Source of the DNA: Macrostomum lignano
Taxonomy: Eukaryota
Direction: 5' to 3'
NCBI GenBank assembly: GCA_002269645.1
Contig: NIVC01002759.1
Location: forward strand, 42,176 to 106,175
DNA length: 64,000 nt
Below the pieces are notes generated by a model. It saw only the letters and a list, made by a program, of their open reading frames with translations. It ran no database searches and was not told the DNA's origin. Shown piece by piece: positions 37,515 through 48,899 of this stretch. Positions within the stretch are counted from its first letter, which is position 1; every line of letters begins with the position of its first letter. The position numbers and the translations under genes are program-made.

Positions 37515-39860
37515 CATAGTGTCTGTGCTAGTGTCTGCTGGTGTCTGTGCTAGTGTCTGTGCTAGTGTCTGTGCTAGTGTCTGTGCTAGTGCCTGTGCTA
37601 GTGTCTGCTGGTGTCTGTGCTAGTGTCTGTGCTAGTGTCTGTGCTAGTGCCTGTGCTAGTGTCTGTGCTAGTGTCTGTGCTAGTGTCTGTGCTAGTGTCT
37701 GTGCTAGTGTCTGTGCTAGTGTCTGTGCTAGTGTCTGTGCTAGTGCCTGTGCTAGTGTCTGTGCTAGTGTCTGTGCTAGTGTCTGCTGGTGTCTGTGCTA
37801 GTGTCTGCTGGTGTCTGTGCTAGTGTCTGTGCTAGTGTCTACTGGTGTCTGTGCTAGTGTCTGTGCTAGTGTCTGTGCTAGTGCCTGTGCTAGTGTCTGT
37901 GCTAGTGTCTGTGCTAGTGTCTGTGCTAGTGTCTGTGCTAGTGCCTGTGCTAGTGTCTGTGCTAGTGTCTGTGCTAGTGCCTGTGCTAGTGTCTGTGCTA
38001 GTTTCTGTGCTAGTGTCTGTGCTAGTGTCTGTGCTAGTGTCTGCTGGTGTCTGTGCTAGTGTCTGTGCTAGTGTCTACTGGTGTCTGTGCTAGTGTCTGT
38101 GCTAGTGTCTGTGCTAGTGCCTGTGCTAGTGTCTGCTGGTGTCTGTGCTAGTGCCTGTGCTAGTGTCTGTGCTAGTGTCTGTGCTAGTGTCTGTGCTAGT
38201 GTCTGTGCTAGTGTCTGTGCTAGTTTCTGTGCTAGTGTCTGTGCTAGTGTCTGTGCTAGTGTCTGTGCTAGTGTCTGCTGGTGTCTGTGCTAGTGTCTGC
38301 TGGTGTCTGTGCTAGTGTCTGTGCTAGTGTCTACTGGTGTCTGTGCTAGTGCCTGTGCTAGTGTCTGTGCTAGTGTCTGTGCTAGTGTCTGCTGGTGTCT
38401 GTGCTAGTGTCTGTGCTAGTGTCTGCTGGTGTCTGTGCTAGTGCCTGTGCTAGTGTCTGCTGGTGTCTGTGCTAGTGTCTGTGCTAGTGTCTGTGCTAGT
38501 GTCTGTGCTAGTGTCTTCTGGTGTCTGTGCTAGTGTCTGCTGGTGTCTGTGCTAGTGTCTGTGCTAGTGTCTGTGCTAGTGTCTGTGCTAGTGTCTGTGC
38601 TAGTGCCTGTGCTAGTGTCTGTGCTAGTGTCTGTGCTAGTGTCTGTGCTAGTGTCTGTGCTAGTGTCTGTGCTAGTGTCTGTGCTAGTGTCTGTGCTAGT
38701 GTCTGTGCTAGTGCCTGTGCTAGTGTCTGTGCTAGTGTCTGTGCTAGTGCCTGTGCTAGTGTCTGTGCTAGTGTCTGTGCTAGTGTCTTCTGGTGTCTGT
38801 GCTAGTGTCTGCTGGTGTCTGTGCTAGTGTCTGTGCTAGTGTCTGTGCTAGTGTCTGTGCTAGTGCCTGTGCTAGTGTCTGTGCTAGTGTCTGTGCTAGT
38901 GTCTGTGCTAGTGTCTGTGCTAGTGTCTGTGCTAGTGTCTGTGCTAGTGCCTGTGCTAGTGTCTGCTGGTGTCTGTGTTAGTGTCTGCTGGTGTCTGTGC
39001 TAGTGTCTGTGCTAGTGTCTGCTGGTGTCTGTGATAGTGTCTGTGCTAGTGCCTGTGCTAGTGTCTGTGCTAGTGTCTGTGCTAGTGTCTGTGCTAGTGT
39101 CTGTGCTAGTATCTGTGCTAGTGTCTGTGCTAGTGTCTGTGCTAGTGTCTGCTGGTGTCTGTGCTAGTGCCTGTGCTAGTGTCTGCTGGTGTCTGTGCTA
39201 GTGTCTGTGCTAGTGTCTTCTGGTGTCTGTGCTAGTGTCTGCTGGTGTCTGTGCTAGTGTCTTCTGGTGTCTGTGCTAGTGTCTGCTGGTGTCTGTGCTA
39301 GTGTCTGTGCTAGTGTCTACTGGTGTCTGTGCTAGTGTCTGTGCTAGTGTCTGCTGGTGTCTGTGCTAGTGTCTGCTGGTGTCTGTGCTAGTGTCTGTGC
39401 TAGTGTCTGTGCTAGTGTCTGTGCTAGTGCCTGTGCTTGTTTCTGTGCTAGTTTCTGTGCTAGTTTCTGTGCTAGTGTCTGTGCTAGTGTCTGTGCTAGT
39501 GTCTGTGCTAGTGTCTGTGCTAGTGTCTGTGCTAGTGTCTTCTGGTGTCTGTGCTAGTGTCTGCTGGTGTCTGTGCTAGTGTCTGTGCTAGTGTCTACTG
39601 GTGTCTGTGCTAGTGTCTGTGCTAGTGTCTACTGGTGTCTGTGCTAGTGTCTGTGCTAGTGTCTGCTGGTGTCTGTGCTAGTGTCTGCTGGTGTCTGTGC
39701 TAGTGTCTGTGCTAGTGTCTGTGCTAGTGTCTGTGCTAGTGTCTGTGCTAGTGTCTGTGCTAGTGTCTGTGCTAGTGTCTGTGCTAGTGTCTGTGCTAGT
39801 GTCTGTGCTAGTGTCTGTGCTAGTATTTGTGCTAGTGTCTGTGCTAGTGTCTGTGCTAGT
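37515..39860. repeat. 12 bp satellite (~2.3 kb) between the two VGLUT paralogs
   Basis: Unit tagtgtctgtgc with interspersed 10-bp variants (tggtgtctgc). Confidence 0.97.
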
Positions 39861-40197
39861 GTTATTAGCGCGCTTGAATGTGTTCAATAGTCAGCGAAAC
39901 CGGCAAAATCGCATCAGTGCATCAGTCTTGAAAAAAGTTTAAAGTGATATTCAGATTATCGAATTTATGCTGTATATTTTACTGTAGCGGCTGTGTCAGC
40001 ACAGCGCTGCATTGTTGGACACTGCATCAGCTTTGCTGCACAAAATTTGCCCTGGTGGGGAATAGTGGCGACTTGCTGAAGTCCGCTGGAGTGGCATCAG
40101 CAACGTTACGAGACGTGTCATCTTCTAGCGCTTCGAAAACTTCCTCGTTGTCGTATCCGACATCCTTGAACGCGGTGGCGGTGGGTGTCGGCGGCTC

Positions 40198-43100
40198 TTA
40201 GGGCTCCTCGTCTGCCGGCGCCTCGGCCCAGGACTGCTTCTCACCTGAGGCGAACATGGCGTAGAAAATCACCCCGACAAAGTTGATGATCGACGTGATG
40301 AGGAACACGTTTGACCAGGAGGCTCGAGACTGGGGGTTTGGATGGTGTTCACGATCACCAAAGCTTCACAATCACCAATTAACTTCACAATCACCAAAGC
40401 TTCACTATCACCAAGCTTTACAATTTCCCCAAGCTTAAAAATAGTCAGAGCTTCACAATCACCAATTAACTTCAAAACGCCAAAGTGTCACAATCACCAA
40501 AGCTTCACAATCACAAAGCTTCACAATCACAAAGCTTCACAATACCCAAAGCTTCACCTTCACCAATTAACTTCACAATCGCAAGGCTTCACAATCACCA
40601 ATTTGTTTCACAAACACCAAAGCTTCACAATCACAAAGCTTCACAAACACCAACGCTCCACAATCACCAAAGCTTCACAATCACCAAAGCTTCACAATCA
40701 CCAACGCTTCACAATCACCAAAGCTTCACAATCACCAAAGCTTCACAATCACCAACGCTTCACAATCCTCAAGTTCACCATAGAATGTGTAAAGAGGATA
40801 GAAGCAAAAAGGATGTATAAAAGTTGTTAAAAGTGGAAAGCAAAACCAAAATTTTTGTTACACCGTACGCTTACCCTGTCCTTAACCAATTGCATGGTAA
40901 CAATTGGCACTAGAATAGAGCCCACAGTGCCAATGCCATTTGACAAACCCATTAGACAGCTAGCATAGCGAGGCGCAATGTCCAGGTGGTTCGCATTGTA
41001 GCCTGGTGGTTAAGAAAATGTTCAAATTATCCTACTGAAAGTAGCACACAGCTCGTGTCGAAAGAACAGCGAGAATCCTACCGGCCATGCAGCAGCCGCT
41101 GAATCCAACCCCGATGATCATGCAGACGGTGGCCGTGGTGGCATCGCTGGTGTGCCCGACGCCCAGTAGGAAAAGACCTCGAACACCGAAGCCTGCGATT
41201 ACATACCTCAATGCATTGAATAACTATATTTGGCAACGGGAAGGTCTACTTGACATTTGACAGCTCACCCAAGGTGTTGAAGATTTTCCTGACAGCTGTG
41301 GTTGAAAGCCATCGCTTTCTGAGCTCGTCAGCGATCACGCCGCTGACTGGCACCACTACAGACATGACAAGGTGGGGCAGAGAGGCAAAGAAGCCACTCT
41401 GAAAAATATTTGTGGGACTTTTACTCATATAATTGGTCCTAATGCTATCCTAGTGCCGAATTAATACTTAGCGGCGTGGTTAAAGCATTAATCGCCTTGG
41501 ACGTTGGCTCTAACTTGAAATTATCTAAATTGCCTGATTCCATATTTAACCTTATTTCTACCTTGGACATGCCGTAGCCGAAAACGTCGTCGAAATATTT
41601 AGTTGGCTCCGTGATCATGAGATAGAATGTCCAGTTTCGAACGAAATTGGCCACTATGATGGCGTAGACAGGCATTGAGGTGAATATTTTCAGCCATAGA
41701 GCTGGGCTAATCTGAAAATTTGTCGCAGATAAACTGCACGTCTTCTTGGCTGGTTACGATAGCAATATCCAAGCGTTTGAATTGGTAGGCTTCTAATATT
41801 CATAAAGTATTCGGAGATTGCACTCGATCAATGACACTCATTCACTTAGGTGAGTCAGCTTGCCTCAAGAGTTCAACATGACCCCAATGAAGGACCCTGG
41901 CTACGCCCACCCCTGATGCTAAAACGTCACCACTCGGATCAACCAGTGGGTGGCTTCAAAGCACAGGGAGAGGTGCATGGCTAACGGCCCCGACTGCCGG
42001 CAATCCCGCGCGGCTGTCCCCTGTCCTTCCTCCGCCCTCCGCAGGGCTCTGCTTGGACTCAACCGCAGGGAAATCAGGGCAGTGAGCATGGCTCTCTCGG
42101 AACATGGCTGTTTTGCCAGGCATCGCCACTTCCAGGGAAATCTGTAGTACCGTTTTGCCTCTCTGGTGTTGAGAATGTGGGGCACTTCATCCGTGAATGC
42201 CCCGCCTTTACTCAGGACAGGCTCACCTACGTCGTCTTAAACCCGGACCTTCCCCGACGTTTTCAGGCGCGAAAATTTCTGTTAGCTCATCCGCTACCTG
42301 AGGACTACCGGGCGAGCGACCAGCCACCTTCTGGACTCTCCAGAAGGGAACCGCGCTGCGGGCACCGACACCACCGGAGGATGCCCGGAACCCCCTGCAG
42401 CTAAATCAAGTAAGTCAAGATTCCAAGATTGGCAAGTCTATTGCATGCTTCTGGTTCATTCACACGTCACTGAATCGCGAAAGACATTGCTTGTAAGGCA
42501 TTGGGAGTTGCGAAGTACATTTACACCCATTTTTGTAAACAGATACACAACACTGACTACGTGTTTAGAGCTGAAACTCTCGCCAATTTCTATCTCGATG
42601 TACTCCCGCTCCTCATCCGTGATGCATCGATCGCTAGACGGCTTCTCGGATAAGCAGGCTGTGAAAACGCAGAACCAAGCGACTCCGAGGGCGCCTAAGT
42701 CAATCGGTGGGAAGTATCGTTACATATAGATGTAGTTAGCTTGTCATGCCCATTTCACCAACGACCCCTGAGCGCGCACACGGCTACACACGGCGACACA
42801 CTCACATAGTGACATGTCAGCGGCTCTGGCTTTCTCTTCATCAGACTGGCCCTCGTGGGGTGGGTATAAAGCGCAAGACAAGCTCTTTGTCCGGTGTCAA
42901 TTTTCGGTGTCAAAGTCGCTGCAGCCTCACTCACCGTATAGATAGAACATCACGGGCCAGCCGAAGCGCTCGCTAAGCCAGCCAGACGACAACAAGCCCA
43001 AGAAAGAGCCGAAGAAGCCGCCGCAGAAGACGATGGTTGACAGACGAGATCGCTCCAGAGGCGGTGCCCAGTGACTGAGGATGCCGTTGCAGGCCGGGTA

Positions 43101-44176
43101 CGAGAAGCCCTGGGTGAGACGGGTGTCGCTTTACGTAAAACTTATACGTTGTTACTCAAATCGATTAGTTGAAGCTTCAAGTTTTGGTCGGAAGCTGAAG
43201 TCCAAATGACAATTTGAAAGTCTACTTCACTTACCAAGAGAGTAGTACATGCACCTGACAGCCTGCTGTCAACATTTGAACACATGAAATGATGCTGTGC
43301 AATAAAATTTGCACGATAAGTTGGATTGAAAAGTTCAAGAAGATATTCGAGCGTAGTCTTCTCTGGCCATAACTGTTGAATACTCGTGAAACTCATGAAA
43401 GTTTATCATGTATAATGCTTAATCACACGCTCCACATTCGTATTCACAACGCCTCTAACTAAACTATCGAGGACTGGTACTATATATATACTTCGACGTA
43501 TGTACCAAGTGATGAAAAATGTAAGTGGCTGTTTGATCACACTGCACTTGGCTTCATTTTATGGCTACTAGATTCTCAGCACCGCTCACCTCCAAGAGAC
43601 CCTGCAGCACTCTAGCTACGATGGTGAGCTCAGCGCTACTCCGAATGCACAGCGGCAGCAGTATGTTGATCACGGAGGACCCCAGAGTGGTCAAAGAGTA
43701 CACCAACGTTGCTGGATACCTAGTGGCCACAATACCAGCTGGAATTTGTAGAACAAGATAGCCCCAGAAGTAGGAGCTCTCGACTGTGCTCAGCTGAGAT
43801 GTCGACCAGTGAACGCTGGATTTCTGTCATTTCAATTGGGCGTCTTGGTGCAGAATTGTTTGAAAGATGCGTCGAAAGTTCATCAAAATTTACCAAGCCA
43901 TCTAATTTCTTATTTTGAATGAGGGCTGAATAGACTCACAGCAACTGAAGCACCTGCCGTAGCATTTCTTTCGGAGTCCCGAAAGTGACCCGTTGCCACT
44001 CCAATGCTGCACCTGAATCCGAAGATAATTATCAGTCCTATGTGGCACAGAAATGCTGTCAGGTACCGTTTGAGAGAGCAGTTGCAGCAGCCGCATCTTG
44101 CTGGACAGAAGCTATCGCTAGCAAATTGAGTCAAAGGTGATCTTCTGCCGTAGCGAGCCTTAGTGCTGCTACCCAT
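40198..44176 (-). CDS. VGLUT: Vesicular glutamate transporter-like, paralog B (divergent tandem duplicate)
   Basis: Exons 44176(ATG; acceptor at 44182)-43940, 43823-43590, 43109-42935, 42694-42558(or 42561), 41711-41562, 41398-41269, 41192-41082, 41002-40875, 40329-40198. Motifs: LKRYL...[84 protein letters not shown]. Six internal exons have exactly the same lengths as in paralog A. Confidence 0.92.
40347..40770. repeat. Intronic minisatellite, ~16-17 bp unit (last intron of VGLUT-B)
   Basis: Unit caatcaccaaagcttca. Confidence 0.9.
41940..42260 (+). mobile_element. LINE ORF2 3' remnant (I/R1/Loa-like), antisense within a VGLUT-B intron
   Basis: Reads ...CRQSRAAVP...[30 protein letters not shown], then after a frameshift [23 protein letters not shown]. 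This is the TGH/CCHC C-terminal signature of these clades. Confidence 0.65.
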
Positions 44177-45279
44177 CGCTGCCTGAAATGTGCACTGTGA
44201 AACTTCTACGAGTGAGCATATTTGCCACGAGACTTCGTGCTTTAAATAAGCTGCAGCTAGAAGATACTGTGTATTACTCAGAGGCTTTAGAGAGGGCTGG
44301 CACGAGTCTTGGCACGCGACTCGATAATTGTGTTCATTCTTTTTGGTAGCAGAATGCGCACAAGCCTGATGAGTTTTAATTGCATTCGGTGCAGGCAGCA
44401 ATGACTCTTGCTCTGCATTTGTGAGATTCAATTGTTCTGCACCTCTCAGCCCGATACCCACCCAGCTGGCACCGACTGCATCTTAGGGCTTGGAAGAGGA
44501 TTGAAAATGCAGTTGGCCAACAGTATAGTGCAGTAACTAAATTTAGTTTGCACAGGACTTCTAACACCTTACTCTTATAAGCTCAAAAATAAAGCAAAAC
44601 AGCTGTGAGTTCGCACGTGAAAAATGAGCAGGTTGGCATAGCCATAGCGCATGTACGATAGCGCGTCTTGAGCAAATCAAGATGGCCCAGCTTTTGAAAA
44701 ATATGAACTCACGGAGGACGGACTGGGCTGGGCCGGGCGCTCCCAACGACAGCGGGTTCCGCTGTCTGGGTTGACAGTGACTTCGCCTACTGTAGTGTTA
44801 AGCAGCTCCCCCAACCCATAGTCGCATAAATGTGCATGTATGTCACGGTTAAAGTTAGCAACTATTTATACATGTAAGCTCGATACCGAATTCACTATTC
44901 GAGCAGCGGGCTCATGGTAATTGCTCTCATAGGATGGGGAGTGAATAAAACTTCCACAAACAATATGAAACAATTAATTATAAAATACTGACTTTTGGCA
45001 TGGCAGCTAAGCAATTGCAAGAGCAGGTCCCTCTCGGTGCTAAAGTAGATCTGGGCAGTTCAAGATTCGTGGTTGAGCTGGCGTATGACGCTAACGCATG
45101 GCTTAGGTTCTTGGTGCGAGTTTGGGATCTTGGGGAGTCGATAAGCAAAGAAGATGGGAGAGGATCGAATTAGCTTTATGGATGATTTACCATTGTTTTT
45201 AAAAGAGATCACGGTTGTTTAGAGTTCGAATCACGAATCAACGCGCGTGTCCTTTGGCCTGCGTTTCTTAGCAGCTGAG

Positions 45280-45287
45280 TGACGTCA
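45280..45287. promoter_or_regulatory. Palindromic CRE-type site upstream of VGLUT-B
   Basis: TGACGTCA with a reverse CCAAT (gattgg) ~20 nt away, ~1.1 kb 5' of the ATG. Function is unproven. Confidence 0.25.
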
Positions 45288-47188
45288 CATGTCTATCCCA
45301 GCTGTGATTGGTTAGTAAAATGGGGTGGGGGCTTCAGTTGTAGGGATACAAACATATGGGACTGCAAGGTGCATGGGCGAAACAAGGACCACTAGGAACA
45401 CTCTAGTCTAGGAGTCCTTGGGCGAAAAATCCATTGGGGCTTTGCAGTTGGGTAATTTTGAACAATAGCGTGGAGGTTGGGATGGGCGAAAAATGAGTTG
45501 CGTTGAGTTGAGTGATAAGTTTAGTTGTAAGATTGCGCCAAGCAGGATGCTGAAAGCTGCTTTAATGTTATATATGTATACTCCATTAAGCAGAAATGCT
45601 GCAGAATCTAGCAAATCATTTCTACCAAAAGGTGCAAAGAATTAGTTTTGTTTATATCAGCAGTTGTTTCTGTTGAGTTTTTAAACGAAGCATATAATTA
45701 TAAAAAACTAATATATTATATATATATATATATATTTAGTCAAGAAAACAAAAAATGAATCAAAAGTGCCTACGTCTTACGTGGTAAGGTAAAGAAACCT
45801 GCATGCTATGCGTTCGTTGGAAAGTGTTACCATGTCACAACTCTTTACAATTAGAGTTATTTTAAATTGATTAGGCCTACCTGCTACCTACTGACCAAGA
45901 TTTCTAAATGGACCATTCAAATGTGCAGAACCCATTTTTCCAACCAATGTGTATTTTGACAGAAACAATTAGATAGTTAATTAATAATTAATTCATTGAC
46001 AGTAATGATTTATATTTTATACCTTTTTAATATAAAATTAAGATCAATTAAATTGTACTATAATATAAGACTATAAATATAATTGTACTATAAGAAGATG
46101 GTTTGTTGATTTATGATAACCAGCTCGTATCAGTAGAGTAGTAGCATTGCCACTACCATAATGTATGTATTAGAGAACATTGAATTCTCATAGCTTTGTT
46201 TGAGATAAGAAACTTTTGGTTGTTTTATGCGCCATGAGCAAATAACTCAATATAAGCCTATGTCTGGCCTTATGGGCTTAGTGGTGAATTAAATTAATAA
46301 ATATTGATTAATGGATTTTATTAGCTATCATTAAAATAAGCTGATGACTACAGGCTATAAACAAGAGTTCCGGCTGTGCTGGGATGCTGAATAAATATTG
46401 TTAATTAAGGTTAACTAAGTTTTTGCAAGCTAATAAAATATATAATTGAGTAATAACAAACTATAGACACAAAAAATAATAATGCAAAAAGTCAAAAACA
46501 AAGGGAATGAAATAGGATTAAAGGAAGTGCATGCCAACAGTGCAGCTATTTTGAGCCATATAAAAAAGTAAAGTCATTGCATGAGTCAAGCAAGGTGAGT
46601 AATCAAAGTCTAGTGGTAGTTTGCCTTACCACACATTATTAAATTCAAGCATTATTAAATTCTGGAATGTTACTAAATCTACTATTACTAAATTTTTGTT
46701 AATAAATTCAAGGGCACTCTCTTGGATAGTTTAGTAGCTAATGGCTCCTCAATAGGCAATAAAGGCAATCTTAAATCTAGATAGATTCTAGAAGGGACTA
46801 TAAGAATCCTCCATGGCAGCTTTTGGAAGAATAGTAGCTCTTTATAGTAGAGTTGCTAGGCTCTAAAATATGAGGCCTTCCTAGCTATCTATAGGAGGCT
46901 TCTATTTATAGGTGAGCCAATAGAGAACTGAACAACATAAATCTGTTCCTCCCATGCCTCAGATGAGGCCTGCCTAATTTGATAGATTTGACACCCAATT
47001 TTTTTGAGTTTTCTGTTTATGCTTATAACTGTTTTATTTTTTGAAATATTTTCTAAAGTAATATGTCAAATTAAAGTTTTAAATTTGTAGATTAATATAT
47101 TTGCAGATTTGCTTTATGTATTATATGCCAGATTTTATATGCAGATAACTATACTATTATAAAATGTTAAAATATTTCTCATGCTTGG

Positions 47189-47345
47189 GTGCAACCTAAG
47201 GATTCACCTGGCCATTTCTATTGGCAACACATACATATAAGTTGCTATTGGACAGAATAATAGTCACGTGACTTCTTTCAGCCAATAGCAACTTACATGT
47301 GTATATTGCCAATAGAAATGGCCAAGTGATTCCTAAGGTTTGCAC
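47189..47345. repeat. ~157 bp imperfect palindrome (fold-back/MITE-like)
   Basis: The left arm gtgcaacctaaggattcacctggccatttctattggcaac... is the near reverse complement of the right arm ...ttgccaatagaaatggccaagtgattcctaaggtttgcac. The centre is GTCACGTGAC. Confidence 0.85.
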
Positions 47346-47992
47346 ATGTTTGATATTTCTATTGTTTTTAATGGCATTTTGCTTAGTTCACCCACTTTTG
47401 TTCCAAATAGTTATAAATTCCAAATACCTATATTTATTTTGTCTTTGTTCTACAAATTATTGTCTGCAAACACTCTCCATTGAATTCTATTTTCATAAGT
47501 AAAAAAGTTAGGTAGTAGGATAACTAATCATCATTGATTCAAGAAATGCAAGGGAAAATGCCTATATTGTAGGCTATGCTATATGTAGCAATACCACTTG
47601 ACCCAGCTAGAGCCACTATTGAAAACTGCCAATTTTAAATTTGTAGAGCAAACAAGCACAAAATTTGAATTTTTACAATTATTTTCATAGCTAATAACTA
47701 CAACTATAAATAATAATTAGAATATGCAATGTAGACTATAATGCCAATGATGCTATTAGAGCAGTTGCAAGTAATAAAGCAATGTAATTCATTTAAAAGA
47801 CCACAAATTTTTAATATTGCTTTTGATCTAACTACTACAGAAACAACAATAAATTACAATTTAAAGCTTTTCCCATAGATTTCTAAAATTATTTTTTGAA
47901 TTATGGATTATTATGCATAATACATTGGAAGACACAAACGCCTAAACTGCTGAAAGTTCAGCTAAAATCAATTCAAACCGCAAATTCTTGCC

Positions 47993-48763
47993 ATGTCGCT
48001 GCTGCCTCTGCTGACTTCGTCGATCGCCCAACGCGGCTGCAGCCTTCAGCTGACTCGGCTGCTGTCAGCCTCGCCAGATTTGCGGTGTCGCGGCGGCCTC
48101 CTGGCCGTTGCTTTCATGTCCACCGCGGCCAAGCCCGCCAGCGCCGGCTCGGCTCTGCGAAGCCTCGGCGTTAAGCCGGCGCAAACGTCGGCCTGGTGGC
48201 TGTCGTCGCTCGGCCGTCAGCCGGTGCGCTGGGGCGGCGGCGGCCACGGGCCTCGCAAGATGCTTGTGCAGCCGTCGCGCTACCAATGGGACCATATGTG
48301 GGATGACTATCACTACTACTTCCTGCTGGGAGTGATCCCCTGCGCCACGCTGGCCATCATCCTCTACATCTTTGTCGGGCCGGCCGAGCTGACCGAGTTA
48401 CCCGAGGACTACGAGCCGCAGGAGTACGAGTACCACCGGCACCCCCTCACCAGGGCCATCGCCTGGTTTAAAACTCACTACGTAGACTCGGACCAGGAGA
48501 TGTACGAACGCGTACTGGCTTATAAGAATGAGGAATACCTCAGGATGATGACTAAGAAGCAGTACCGCGACATCAAACACCAGGAGTCGTTGCTAGGCGA
48601 CTATCGCGGCTATTATTTTGTACCGGTGAATCCCCGGCCGGTCAGTCAGCACCATTCGCATCGGCAGATTGATGATTTGACTGGCGACCTCCCGCTGGGG
48701 TACCAGTCCGAGGATCCCAGGGAGCTGCCTACGGATATTGGCGCACCGGCGTATCAGTACTGA
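47993..48763 (+). CDS. NDUFB5: NADH dehydrogenase [ubiquinone] 1 beta subcomplex subunit 5 (SGDH), intronless
   Basis: 256-aa ORF with an Arg/Ala/Leu/Ser-rich presequence, then GGHG..MLVQPSRY..., a TM helix, and FVGPAELTELPEDYEPQEYEYHRHPLTR (cf. [28 protein letters not shown]). Confidence 0.93.
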   Translation: MSLLPLLTSSIAQRGCSLQLTRLLSASPDLRCRGGLLAVAFMSTAAKPASAGSALRSLGVKPAQTSAWWLSSLGRQPVRWGGGGHGPRKMLVQPSRYQWDHMWDDYHYYFLLGVIPCATLAIILYIFVGPAELTELPEDYEPQEYEYHRHPLTRAIAWFKTHYVDSDQEMYERVLAYKNEEYLRMMTKKQYRDIKHQESLLGDYRGYYFVPVNPRPVSQHHSHRQIDDLTGDLPLGYQSEDPRELPTDIGAPAYQY

Positions 48764-48899
48764 TAACTGATTGATTCACTGGAATCCGGCTTGCTGTATG
48801 CAACTCATTTGAACTTTGGGGATGCACTTTTGTTTAGCTGGGGCTATCAACAGGTTTTTAGACATATATGGCAATTATTGAGCAAGCCTCTCAACATCC

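Noticed and set aside
43142-43396. Possible DNA-transposon remnant in a VGLUT-B intron
   Set aside because: The 84-aa ORF has no motif I can confidently assign.
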